A DNA stretch of 64,000 nucleotides from Lama glama (lineage: Eukaryota): the NCBI GenBank assembly GCA_028534125.1, contig CM052816.1:71302001-71366000 (forward strand), given 5' to 3'. This document shows, piece after piece, positions 51,124 to 62,317 of the stretch (position 1 is the stretch's first letter; each line of letters begins with the position of its first letter). The position numbers and the translations under genes are program-made. The notes beneath the pieces are model-generated. The model worked only from the letters and a program-made list of their open reading frames with translations, ran no database searches and was not told where the DNA came from.

Positions 51124-51615
51124 TGTTGAAATGGGGCCTCAGTCTGGGGAAAGGACACTGGATTGGGAATATCCCAGAGCTCCAAGTCTTGGACTGGAGC
51201 CTTGTATGATTAAAATCATGATCCCTTGATCTACAACTTTGCTTCAACAGACCGAAATAGAAGTGGGAGGAGTAGTGGCAACCTGAACCTTAAAAAGCCT
51301 CGGGAAATTGTTTAATCAGCCTCGGTTGCTCTCTTGCCTTCTGAAACAGTCCACACTCTGTCTGTGGAGTGTGTATCTATTTTTACTTTAAACTAAACAC
51401 CCTACACCTCTCCGTCTCTCTCCCTCTTACCTTTTTGAGATGGCCCGTATTTCGTCTATGGAGTGTGTTTCTCCTAAGCCGTTTCCCTTCTGAGTGAGAC
51501 AGACCACCCTCTGTCCATGGAGTGTGTATCTCTCTAAATAAACTTGCTTTCTCTTTACCATGCCTTGCTCTGGAATTCTCCCCCGCATGAGACAAGAACC
51601 TCTTCTCCTACAACA
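51124..51615 (+). mobile_element. ERV solo LTR sharing its 3' half with the 28737 LTR
   Basis: Ends CTCCTACAACA; AATAAA at about 51537; three internal copies of a TCTGTCYRTGGAGTGTGT-type unit. Left boundary is uncertain. Confidence 0.75.
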
Positions 51616-52078
51616 AACTCACTACAGCCGCCTCCAGCGGGGCACCTGGAGGGGACTCAGGGTGGGGACTCAGCCCAGGATACTGGCCCTAGACAGCTGA
51701 GGTGCATATCAAAGGGATGATTTCCACGAGCCCAGACTCTTGCATCTTGCCATGCATGGACAAGTGCTAAATTCATTAACTTGAGATGTGTAGTTTTCTT
51801 TAATTAACAGTAATTTTTTGATATACTGACTCCCTGGTCTTCGTTGCAAAAACCCCTATATATCCTGGCCCCTCCCTTGCCTCTTCAGAGCAGTCCCTCA
51901 GAGCTGTCTGAGAGGCTGTCTCCTGGGCTTGAAGTCCTCAGAAAGGCCGCCAGATAAAACGGAATTCCCAACCTTTAGGTTATGCTTTTTTTTTTTCAGT
52001 CAACAACCACAACCTGATGTCAGTAAATCGGCTTTGCTGTGCAGCAGGTGAATGGACCCAAGTTCAGGAACAATAGCA
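51616..52078 (+). mobile_element. Additional ERV1-like LTR sequence: one LTR ending at 52005 plus a separate LTR tail at 52006-52078
   Basis: TATA-like CCTATATA at about 51855, GATAAAAC, and an end TTTTTTCAGTCAACA. This is followed by AACCTGATGTCAGTAAATCGGCTTTGCTG...GGACCCAAGTTC, resembling another LTR 3' end. Confidence 0.6.
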
Positions 52079-55000
52079 GTTGTAGCCAATCATTCGACTT
52101 CTCTCTTGCTTTGGGCTCAGTGCACACTGAGCTGACTTCCAGCTGTCAGTGACTAGAGGGTGTGGGGCATTGCTCAGATTATAAAGCTGTGTAAGTTGGA
52201 GATGCTTTCTGTGCTGGCTTTCAGATTTTCTCCAGCTGATCAAAGTGATGGCTGGCTTGATAACCCAACCTGTATTGTCTGCCTTCCTTTCCTTCTCAGT
52301 TCCATAATTTCTTTAACGCCTAGATAAACCACCTGCAAGAGCTCTCATAAAATAGCTAAGGCTTTTTCAAAAAAGAGCTTATTTTTAATACTCATATAAA
52401 AAGAATCCATAAACAAGACCAACATTTAATTTGGAAAAATGTTCCTTATGTTTGACATATATGGTACCATGTTTTCTGTGCATTTCTTTTTAGTTTTCTG
52501 GAGACTGATTGTAAAGAGTCCTTTTCTCCTTGTGAAAGCAATCTCAATATAGTAAACATTTTGACCAGACTTTCTTCTCCGTTTTGAAAAAAATTCTTGT
52601 TTCTTTTACTTATATGTATTTCTCCATACTCTTATTTTATTATTCTTTCATGAGGAGTTATGTCATAAATGTCTGTGCTTCTGGTCTACTTTGAAATCTT
52701 GGAAGAAATTCAATCAATCTGAACTCTATAGAGCTGCCAAAACAATGCAGAAGTGAAATGGTGGAATTTTTAATCATATTAGCCAGATGATTTGAAACTA
52801 GAATAACTGAATTCCTAGAAAGATTTGACAAGATATTAATATGACTACATGAGATTTATCTCACCTTTCCAAAACTGTGCCTTCTGTACAGTCAAGATTA
52901 TGAACCTATCAAATAGACTCTCACACACCTGGGAACACACACACGCAGAGTGACAGAGAGCTGTGTAATCCTGGAAGCACAAATAGCACATTATCTCTGA
53001 TTAAGTCTAAGTTGAGGTGTTCTGTCTGGGCTTTGAATTTGAACTGCAGTGCAACAATGTAGCCCCCCCCATACATTCTGGATTCAATTTTGTGATTCCT
53101 TGTCTTGCTAATTAGCAGTAAGATTTTGAATTCCTGTTTAAAAATCAGGCTTTGTTAATGCCTAAGCCTCAATTGTATATGCAAATTCCCCCACATTTTC
53201 ATACTGTGTGGAATAACTGCATATGCAAACAGGTAATTTGACAGTTAATGATTCATTTGCACGTGCAAACCCTCAATTTTAACATACAGATGCCAATTGG
53301 TACGTGTAAATAATATTCCATGTGGACCCTACTTGCCCGGTCTTTTTTTCTCATTTTAAAGAAACCAATCCTTAAGATAGCTTTCCTTCCATTACATAAA
53401 ATCTGTTAATATTCTAGGAACAGTAGCTTCAAGAAAACAAACAATATTATCTTCAAGAAAACAAAGTTTGGTTATTTTAGTCCCAAACTTATCAAATACA
53501 CTGTATATATTCATGTGATGCCTATGTATGTTTGATTACAAATATGAAATCATGACGCAGCTGATTCTGTATTTATCATTTTAACACTTTTCAACCTGAA
53601 ATAACATAAAAGCTTTTTTCTTCAAAAGACCAATATTTAAAGGGTGTTGATTTATGTAAATCAATAATTTATCAACTTGCTGTCTCTCCTTGCTGCCAGC
53701 CAGATGCTTCTCACTTTGCTCAGCCAGACAATGTCAGCTGCAACACATAATGGCCTCTGCTTCATGTAGAAATAAGAGCATAAATATTTTAAAAATCCTG
53801 CTACAGGAAGTAAGGCGGGTTGGGGTGGGGGGTGAGAGATTTTACTGGTTTATTGTGAGAGTAGAACAAGTCTACATATTTTATGGGTTGGTTTTATCAG
53901 AAGTGGAGGCAGGGACGTCTCTCAGCCTGATTTTTATCTCCTAACAAGGCTGACAGACCAAAGTCTTTTCATAGCAATTTGTTGAAGACATCTGGTGAAG
54001 CTTTCTAGGGGATGAACACACTGCAGAGTGTTCCTCTGGTATCAGTTGGCATGGCAACCAGTAAAAGACTATTCAACATCAGTAGGTTTCAAAAAGGTTG
54101 AGGCCTAGTTGAAAATCCATTTGGGCTCCTACCTGCAAAATTCTTTTGAAAATGCACTAAATCTTTTCCTAGGGCTCTGGAGACTGAACCAATGTGTACA
54201 GCTGTGGCACCTTCAATCTTAAATAATTTTCAAAACATGGGATTAATGATTCTAGTCACCAGAGGTATTACAGACGATCTGGAATTACTGGCACTGTGCT
54301 GGCGAGGATATTAGTAGAAATATGGTTATTGTTTCCTTTGTGTCTTATCTTGCAGGAAACAAAAGTGTTGTTTTCAAGTTTTTCTAAATTCTAAGTTAAT
54401 TGGGTCAAATGAATGAAAGAAAATCTTTACAGGCCATTTTAAAAATCAAATATATATATCTGAAGTATGATTCTTAATTACGAAAGTAAATAATCTATTT
54501 TAAAACATTTATGCCATTAGGACATTTTAAGATAGAGGGGTTTTTTTTCCCCCAAAATTGTTACTATGTTATGCTGGAATATTCTAGTATTCTAGTTCAA
54601 GGGACACCTTTTATAACACTTTTATAAACCAGTTTAAACAATTAAATTTTGCTGTCAATTAAGTTATAAATCTTTGAAAATCAAATAAATACTAACAAAG
54701 GTTTTATGGAGATACACACAATTTTTATAAACTGTAACTATGCTAATATAACTAACTGAAATAAAAATTCCCATCTTCTTTTATTCAGAATACTTGTATT
54801 ATAGATTTATAGCCAGGATTCTAAAATGAAATGAAGAAAATAAATAAATAAATTTCTAAAAACATATCCTATATATATATATATATATATATATAAATGA
54901 GCAAAGTAAATCTTAACGTGCTACATCATTGCCCTGACCATGAGCTAGAAATTAAGTATTTCATTTAAATTATCCATTCAACAGAGGGTAGTCATCAAAC

Positions 55001-55894
55001 TTAATTTTTAAATAAAAGGATGTTAATTAAAATTTTATTAATAATGTTGTTCTTGAATGATTGGGTTTCCAATGGCCCATAAACCTTGTGCACTGGAGCC
55101 CAGTAGCAAGCACCACGACCATCGCCGCAATTATTTACAACAGATCAATGTCAATGCTACGTGATGTGAGCGCTGTTCTCCGGCCCCTGCTCAGAGCTGG
55201 TGTGAGAATTAACAATATGAACCAGGAAGCTTTGTTTGAAATCATGCCATGAGGCATATTCAAAGAAGAATTTATTTGTATAATGTATCAATAATTGTGG
55301 CTACACTATATTACATTTTATTGTTTCCAAGGCAAAGGAAAGTGGTGACTCAGTCTGCTAACAGGGACCCTTTCTCTTTCTGAAGTCTTAACTTCCCTCT
55401 CAGGAGAATGGGGGAAAGCAGGCTACCTTGGCTTCTTTTACTAAATTGTAGTAAAGAAGGTAAATTTTGCATGACAAGGTTTTGAAAAGTATAGTTCTAA
55501 AGTATAAACTGTCATTGTCACTAATAAAGGCATGTATAATGTATAAAATTGAAATTTGGGGATAAAATGATTTAACTTAATCAAATAATACCATTAAATT
55601 TCTGAGCATTTAGAAATTGAATACTTTTGTAGCTTCTCCAGTGAGCATCGAAGAACAACTTTTTCTCCTGGGTCAAAAAATAAAAGATGTTTCTGCACCT
55701 CTCTCTCTTCCTTTCCTTCCTTTCTCTCTCTCTCATCACTAACTCCTTGAAAATTAACCAGTTAACTACTAGCTTCTGTGTCGTTACTGTAAGATAGCTA
55801 GAAAAAGAAAGCCTTTGTTCGTGCTCCAGAGTCCACTGATGTGAGACTCCATCCCATCCCTTACAGCTGGCCAGCACCACTGCCGATATACAGT

Positions 55895-55990
55895 TCAATA
55901 AAAATGAGGAAACTGAGGCTGACTGAGGTTAAGTAATTAACCCCAAATCTTAATGGTCATGAAGGGGCTTACATGCTTCTGTCTCCAGTG
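55895..55990 (-). mobile_element. MIR core fragment
   Basis: ATGAGGAAACTGAGGCTGACTGAGGTTAAGTAATTAACCCCAA. Confidence 0.7.
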
Positions 55991-58162
55991 TTGCATACAT
56001 TTGGGCAAATCAGAAGACCCAGAGAAGAAGCTTCTTCCTTTATGTTTATTCAAATAAACAATGAATGTTTTCTGTGGATAAATGAATAATTTATGAGTAA
56101 AAGTCAAAGAAAGAATCTGTTCTGACTTCTGGCTCTCAGACCCCTAAACAACTATGCAAAACAAGTCTTAACAGCTCTCAGAATTCTGGACCACTCTCCT
56201 GGCGTTTAAGAGGTCATTGCTGCTAGAAAGACTACAAAACTCAAGTTAATCATATATGGCTGTGTGGGGGTTGGTCTGCACCCGCATCTTCTGCAGTGAA
56301 TACTTAAACCAACAAACACTGGCAATAAATGGCGCAAAGAGCTTCAGTTCTTCTGCTCAGCCCCACTTCTGATTTGCCAGTAAATGTGCCCCTCCTCCCA
56401 TCCAGCAGTTGCATTCTACTCCAACCTTTCGACACAAGACCTTGAGGTCAGTGGATTGAAGGACAAAAGATGAGAAGAGATAGACAATAATATGACGTAT
56501 GAACTTAATTTAAATGAATTAAAATAAAATTTTAATTAGAACATATGTTAAATACAGGGCCCCAGGGAACTGACATTTGTGCTTCATGTCTTGCTCAACT
56601 TGTTTCAGACATTACTGCAAAGACTGAGTTTATCTCCAGGATGGAGAAGTTCCAAAAGCCAAGGAGCTCCAGATAAACTTTCTTTTAATCACTTTCCAGG
56701 CTGCCAGGAACATCAAACCACAGTGTAGCCCATCAATGAAAGTTTGAATGAAAGAGAAATTTATGACGCATCCTGATATCTATCCCATTACATGTTAAGC
56801 CTTCAGATGTGTTGTTTCATCATAGCTTCACCCACCATATGTACAGCACTACCTAAGTGCTCCAAACCCAGAACTGAAGATGTATCTTGCACTCGAATCT
56901 ACCCACCCTTGCCCCTATAATCTTTATTCTAGACCATAGCAATGTCATATATTTGGTATTTAGCAATGTACCCCTCCATTTAGCTAAAAAATGGAGGGAG
57001 GAAGGCTGAAGACAGCATGAGCCAAAAGCACTCCAATAGATTAATGAATTTTAAGAAGGAAGGATATTACATTTTGATAATCTCAGAGTGAGTCAGGTAC
57101 CAGCCCCTTGAAAACTCAATGATGACAAAGCTCATGTAAGAATACGGCGGTTTCCTAGGGAGCCAGATCAATAGGGATGCAATATCCAGTGTAGGAGAGG
57201 ATTTCTAAGGGGCTGGGGCTGGGCACACAAACACGGGGGTGCCCATCAGATACGTGGGAATTTGAAGACAGCATGTGTACCGCCCGTGATGGGCACGCTG
57301 AAGAAAGCACTGCCCAAGCTTTGGGAGGTTTGGGCATCTTCCTGGAGAACTTCTCATTTGACGTAAACTTCCAAGAATGGACAAGCTTTACCCAGAGAAG
57401 GAGGAAGGACAGTCCCGACAGAGGGGCCAGTGTTTCATAAACGTGAAAGATAACATGATAATGTTTGCTCTTGCTGAAGAAAACTTATATTATGGGTTAG
57501 ATGAGATTTTATTGTCACTGCTGAGACGTGCAAAGTCATGCACTAAAGTGTGTATTTAATGAAACATTCTTAGGTAACTATTCATATTTGACTTAAAAAG
57601 TGCCCCCCCCCCACAGTGGAGCTATAACTTGATCTCAAATGGCTGAAGGATAAAGCTGGATGGAGAGAAGCAGCACAGGATGGTGGAGAGAGAAACCGCT
57701 TAGGCTGACCTCCCACCCCACTCTGCCAAGAACTCGCTGAGAGGCTGGGGAGCAGGGTCACGGCCCTAAGGCTTAGTTTCGCTGTTTATAAAAGGAGCAC
57801 GAGGAGCCTGTCCATCTCTCTGAATTTATACACCATTATGGGTTTGGGGGGCCTGAAATATTTTGCAAAGATTTGGAGCAATATTCATATTTCTCTCCAA
57901 TTAATCCTTTTTCAACTAAATAATTATTAGTGCAGGTGAGATTCCTCTATTCTCCATCTTCAGAATAACATATTCTAACAAAGTAATTAGCTTTCACTCC
58001 TATTGATCTTTGCTTTACAGTGGCACTTTTTTTCTACACATTCAAGAGAAACTGGGCACCAGAAAATTACCTGTTTCCTACCTCTTTTTTTTAGTTAAAA
58101 TTTTTTATTTATTTGATTTTGTTCCAGAATATACATGGAGTAATTTACTCTGCCAGTCAAAT

Positions 58163-58218
58163 CACACACACACACACAGACACACACACACACACACACT
58201 CTCACACACACACATACA
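58163..58218. repeat. Imperfect (CA)n microsatellite
   Basis: Read directly from the sequence. Confidence 0.95.
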
Positions 58219-58579
58219 CCCCAAATTAATTAGAAGTCTCAATATCCTTATCACAAAAGTAAGGGACGAACAGAAGGGTCTGAATTTGAAATTAAATCCT
58301 ATGTGGACACTAGAATCTAACAATAAAGAATATGTCACTTTCACACTTTTATAAACTACAAACCTCTCGTATCCAGCTTAGAGACTCATTAGAAATGGAG
58401 ACTCAGAATTTTACCACTATCCTGAAAGCCTAAAATTCCAGTTAACAGTACTGAGGTTGGGTTTCAAAGTATAGTTCTTTTGTTTGTTGATAATTTTAAA
58501 ATTTGAATTAGAGTCTTTATACAGTCATGCTCTTTAAAGCCAGGGATAACTTAGGAAAAAATTGATAAGCTTTTACCTG

Positions 58580-59060
58580 ACTTTGATCAACAAGCATTTA
58601 TTAGGTAGAGTACATTATCATCAAACTAAGTGCTGGGAATACAGAAAGAAAGAGAACCAGGGAGGCTTCTCTGCTCGGAGGCATTCCACAGGGCTGTGTG
58701 GAGGAGGGGCACCCACCGACTGCAGCGCAAGGTCTGTCCCCAGTGCTAAGGGAGCATGAAATAGGAAGTGATCTGTTCTGTTTGAGAGGTCACAGAAAGG
58801 TTACCCAGAGGAAGTGATATTTGAGCTGCGATTTAAAGGATGGATGGGCCTTAGTTGGATAGAAAAGGAGCAGGGGGAAGGGAATTCCAGGGAGAGTGAG
58901 AGAGAATTGACCAAAGAGCAGAAGCTTTGGAGGGAAGGAATATGAAGTAATCTGAAGATATATTCTAGAATGTAAATTTGGAAAGATTGTCTTGTGACTT
59001 TCTTGTTCAGGACATTGGATGCCATGCTTGGACTTTAAGATTTATTCTCCAGAAAATGAG
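58580..59060 (-). mobile_element. L2 3' fragment
   Basis: TCAACAAGCATTTATT...CAGAGGAAGTGATATTTGAGCTGCGATTTAAAGGATG...TTGGACTTTA. Confidence 0.8.
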
Positions 59061-59287
59061 TATAGTATGTGAGAATAGCTAGCCAGTCAACAAGCCTCCT
59101 GTGCCTGTAAGGAAGGAGAACTGAACCAGAAGTTTCTCTCTGCCCTGCAAATGTGAATTCATCCTGTTGAGGAGAGGGGCCTTGGACCAGGCAGTAGGAA
59201 CGACATTAAAATAAACCCAAGGGTGGGGCTGGTTTGCATTCATCTGTTTCCTTTAATGAATGTTTTCTGAGCACTGCACTGTACACT

Positions 59288-59384
59288 GGGGAAGAAAGAG
59301 CAGGAGAAAGAAAGAAAGAAAGAGAAAGAAAAGAAAGAGAGAAAAGAAAGAGAGAGAGAAAGAAAGAGAGAAAGAGAGAAAGAA

Positions 59385-59455
<71 letters not shown>

Positions 59456-59531
59456 GAAAGAAAAATAAAGAAAGGGAGGGAAGAAAGAAAGGGAGGAAAG
59501 GAAGGAAGGAAGGAAGGAAGGAAGGAAGGAA

Positions 59532-59573
<42 letters not shown>

Positions 59574-59590
59574 AAAGGAAGAAAGAAAGA
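59288..59590. repeat. Compound (GAAA)n/(GGAA)n/(GA)n purine microsatellite
   Basis: About 300 bp, almost entirely purine on the + strand. Confidence 0.98.
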
Positions 59591-59874
59591 CAGACCAATG
59601 GCTTTGCCCTTAAAGAGATACCACAATGGTGAGGAAGGGGACGCAGTGCAGGCAGCTTATGTCCCCAGAGTGAAACGTGCAGGGTATTGTGGGAAGTATG
59701 CCTACCTTTGAGCCATTGGAGAAGGTTTAGGTTTTCTGGAAAAGACAACCTTAACAGCTAACTCTGAAAGGGTAAATAAGAATTCACCACTTAAAATCTG
59801 TGTGGCCCTGAGCCACATTTGATTTCTCTAGGTCTCAAACTCCTCATTCATAAAGAGAGGGCGCAAAGCTGGAT

Positions 59875-60076
59875 CAGCGGTTCTCAACCTCAGTAGCCCA
59901 TTAGAATCACCTGGGGGAGATTTAAAAACACCCACGTCTGAGGTCCTCATAGACCAATACTGAATCAGTGTCTGGGTGTTTGGGGGCGCGCAGAATGGGG
60001 TGGTGGGTATTCAGCCTTGGTTGTTATTTAGAATCCCCAGGTGATTCTAGCTTGCAGCCAGGGTTGAGGACCACTG
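59875..60076. mobile_element. Full-length MER5A-like hAT MITE inserted in a MIR relic (about 59790-60110)
   Basis: TIRs CAGCGGTTCTCAACC / GGTTGAGGACCACTG; internal inverted pair TAGAATCACCTGGGG / CCCCAGGTGATTCTA. Confidence 0.9.
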
Positions 60077-62278
60077 AGTGAGATGACCTCTGAGGTCACT
60101 TTCATTTGTGAAGTAGATACTCAAGACTCACCCACGTAGAAATTGCAAAAAGCAGATAACCTGTTCATCAGCATCTTCCGTACTGGGAGCATTTCCCACT
60201 GCTGCACCACAAACCCAGTGTCCCCTGCTACCCAGGGAGCCCCACAGAGATGCTCACTCACATCTCGGAAGTGTCTAGTACTGAGGATTTTTTCTGCATT
60301 TCCAATAAAAAAATATGCCTGGCCACGTGTAACTCTACCAGAGAGCGGTCTCTCCTGAGAAGCTATCTTTCTGATAAGTTTTTAATAAAGGTCTTTCTCA
60401 GTTTACTGCCCTTGACCCTCCTCAATTCCAGGTAAACAACTTTCATAACTGAGCCCTGATCAATCTTCCCTATCCCTGAGCTTTTTTGTTTGTAAAATGT
60501 TACATGCACTCCACCCTCTTCCTGCATGCTACCTCCTATTCAAATTGTATCTAATGTCCCAGACCCAATTCACCTATACTATTTTTATGAAACCTGCTCA
60601 GACTTCGCATTCCTGAATTTGTATCACTATTCTCCAGTAATATTTACATAACTCATCTATTTTACAACCAATGTTACACTTAACTTTCCTTTCTGTGTAA
60701 GAGCTCTTATTCTTGCATAAACTATTATTCAAATATTTATCAATGTTACTTTCTTTGGGGAGAATTAAAGAGAAAGGAAAATTAAATAGGAAATTAAATT
60801 TAATTAAATAGATACAGAGAATGAAAGAATTTTTAAATTGCCAAGTATAGAGATGTGATTTATTTATCCATTTATTTACTTATCTGGTACATGTTTATCG
60901 AACATCTGCAATATATTAATTTTATTTTAGGAGTTGGAGATTCTGGGAAAAAAAATTCCTGGAGTCATGGATATGTACCATGTGATAATAAACTCAATGA
61001 AAATCAATAAAGCTTGGCAAGGCCACAGGTACGAATGGAGGGAGAGGAAGGTGGCTAGAGGGGGCCTCTTGGGGCCATGTGGACATCCCAAATGAGTCAC
61101 ATTAGGTCTTTACATTGGCTTAGACTAGTTCACATGATCCCATTTCCTTATTCCTGGAAATGGTAAGACTATATTATTCCTTTCAGGGAAAAACTAAATT
61201 GACTTACAATTATAGCAAAGTACCAAGAAAGCAGGACAACTCTATTGTAGTGGCTTTCAAATAGGTTTTCCTACCCTTTATCATATATCTGTAACTTTCC
61301 TCAATTTGTGTGTAGAAGGACCTCTGTCACATCTGATTAATATTTTGTTATAGGTTTATTTTTGTAAGTGAAGTGGCTTTAATGGCTTAAAAAATTGGTA
61401 CTATGTATATGTGTGTGTACTAGAATTTAAAATTCTTCCTTAGTGTCAATCCCCAACAAATATTTCACAGGGAACATTACTGGCTAGACATCAATTTGAA
61501 TAAAAACATTGAAAAAATTAAATTGAAAACACCTCTTTGCAGGGGTAATAGGATAAAAAGTCAAAGGAGGATAATTAAAGTGTTTGTTCTCATATTTTGA
61601 TGTTATCCAAAGGAAATGGCAGACAGTATAACAGAGTTGAAAATGCACAATAAAACGTCTTGTCAAGTTCCTTCCACACACGTGAGCATAGTAAGGTTTA
61701 AATTTGATGGAAAGCCAGAGGCCAGTTCTCATAAAATCAAACCCGCTTCGCCATGTCTGCTGCTGACAGGAAATGTCATTGCTAGGAAATAAGGCAGCAA
61801 GCTGCCGTCTCCAAAGCATCAGCACCTCGGAGACAGATGAGGAGAAGGGGCCCCAGTGTAAACAGAAATGACCTGTGCCCCAGAAAAATATGTGCGATTT
61901 CCTGGAGCCTGTTTGTGTCTTTCTTGGCTGGAAGGGCGTCGGAACCATCTTGGGGGGAAAGTATTCTGCTCCTTAAGACAAGGTGGCTTATTATTGGAAA
62001 GAAACAATAATAAAGGAAACAGTAATAAAGAAAAAGAGTCAGAGTGGTCTACTGTTTGAACTCTGGTGGCGATTTTTCAAACTCAAGGGCAGGTAATAAG
62101 TAGCCATGAGACGTTTCCGCACAGTGTGTGATATGGAAACGCACTTGAAGAAGTGTGTGTGTATGTGTGTAAGATTTGCACATAAACAATCCCATAGAAT
62201 ATATAAAACACCTTGCATCTTCTAGCCACAAACAACTAGGTGTATATTGAGAAGAAATATTGTCATTTTCCTGTGTGG

Positions 62279-62282
<4 letters not shown>

Positions 62283-62310
<28 letters not shown>
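62283..62310. repeat. (TG)n microsatellite
   Basis: Read directly from the sequence. Confidence 0.95.

Positions 62311-62317
<7 letters not shown>

Noticed and set aside
28737..51615. Single provirus or large element bounded by the two related LTRs
   Set aside because: The LTRs are inverted, differ in their 5' halves, and enclose only older host repeats with no retroviral coding sequence.
53170..53312. CRISPR-like repeat-spacer array
   Set aside because: Eukaryotic context, repeats only 12-14 bp and degenerate, and no cas genes.
59206..59748. Lys/Glu/Arg-rich and Phe/Leu/Ser-rich ORFs of 117-180 aa
   Set aside because: Translations of the GAAA/GGAA microsatellite.
61484..61948. 154-aa minus-strand ORF
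   Set aside because: No recognisable homology or convincing exon structure; this length is compatible with chance.
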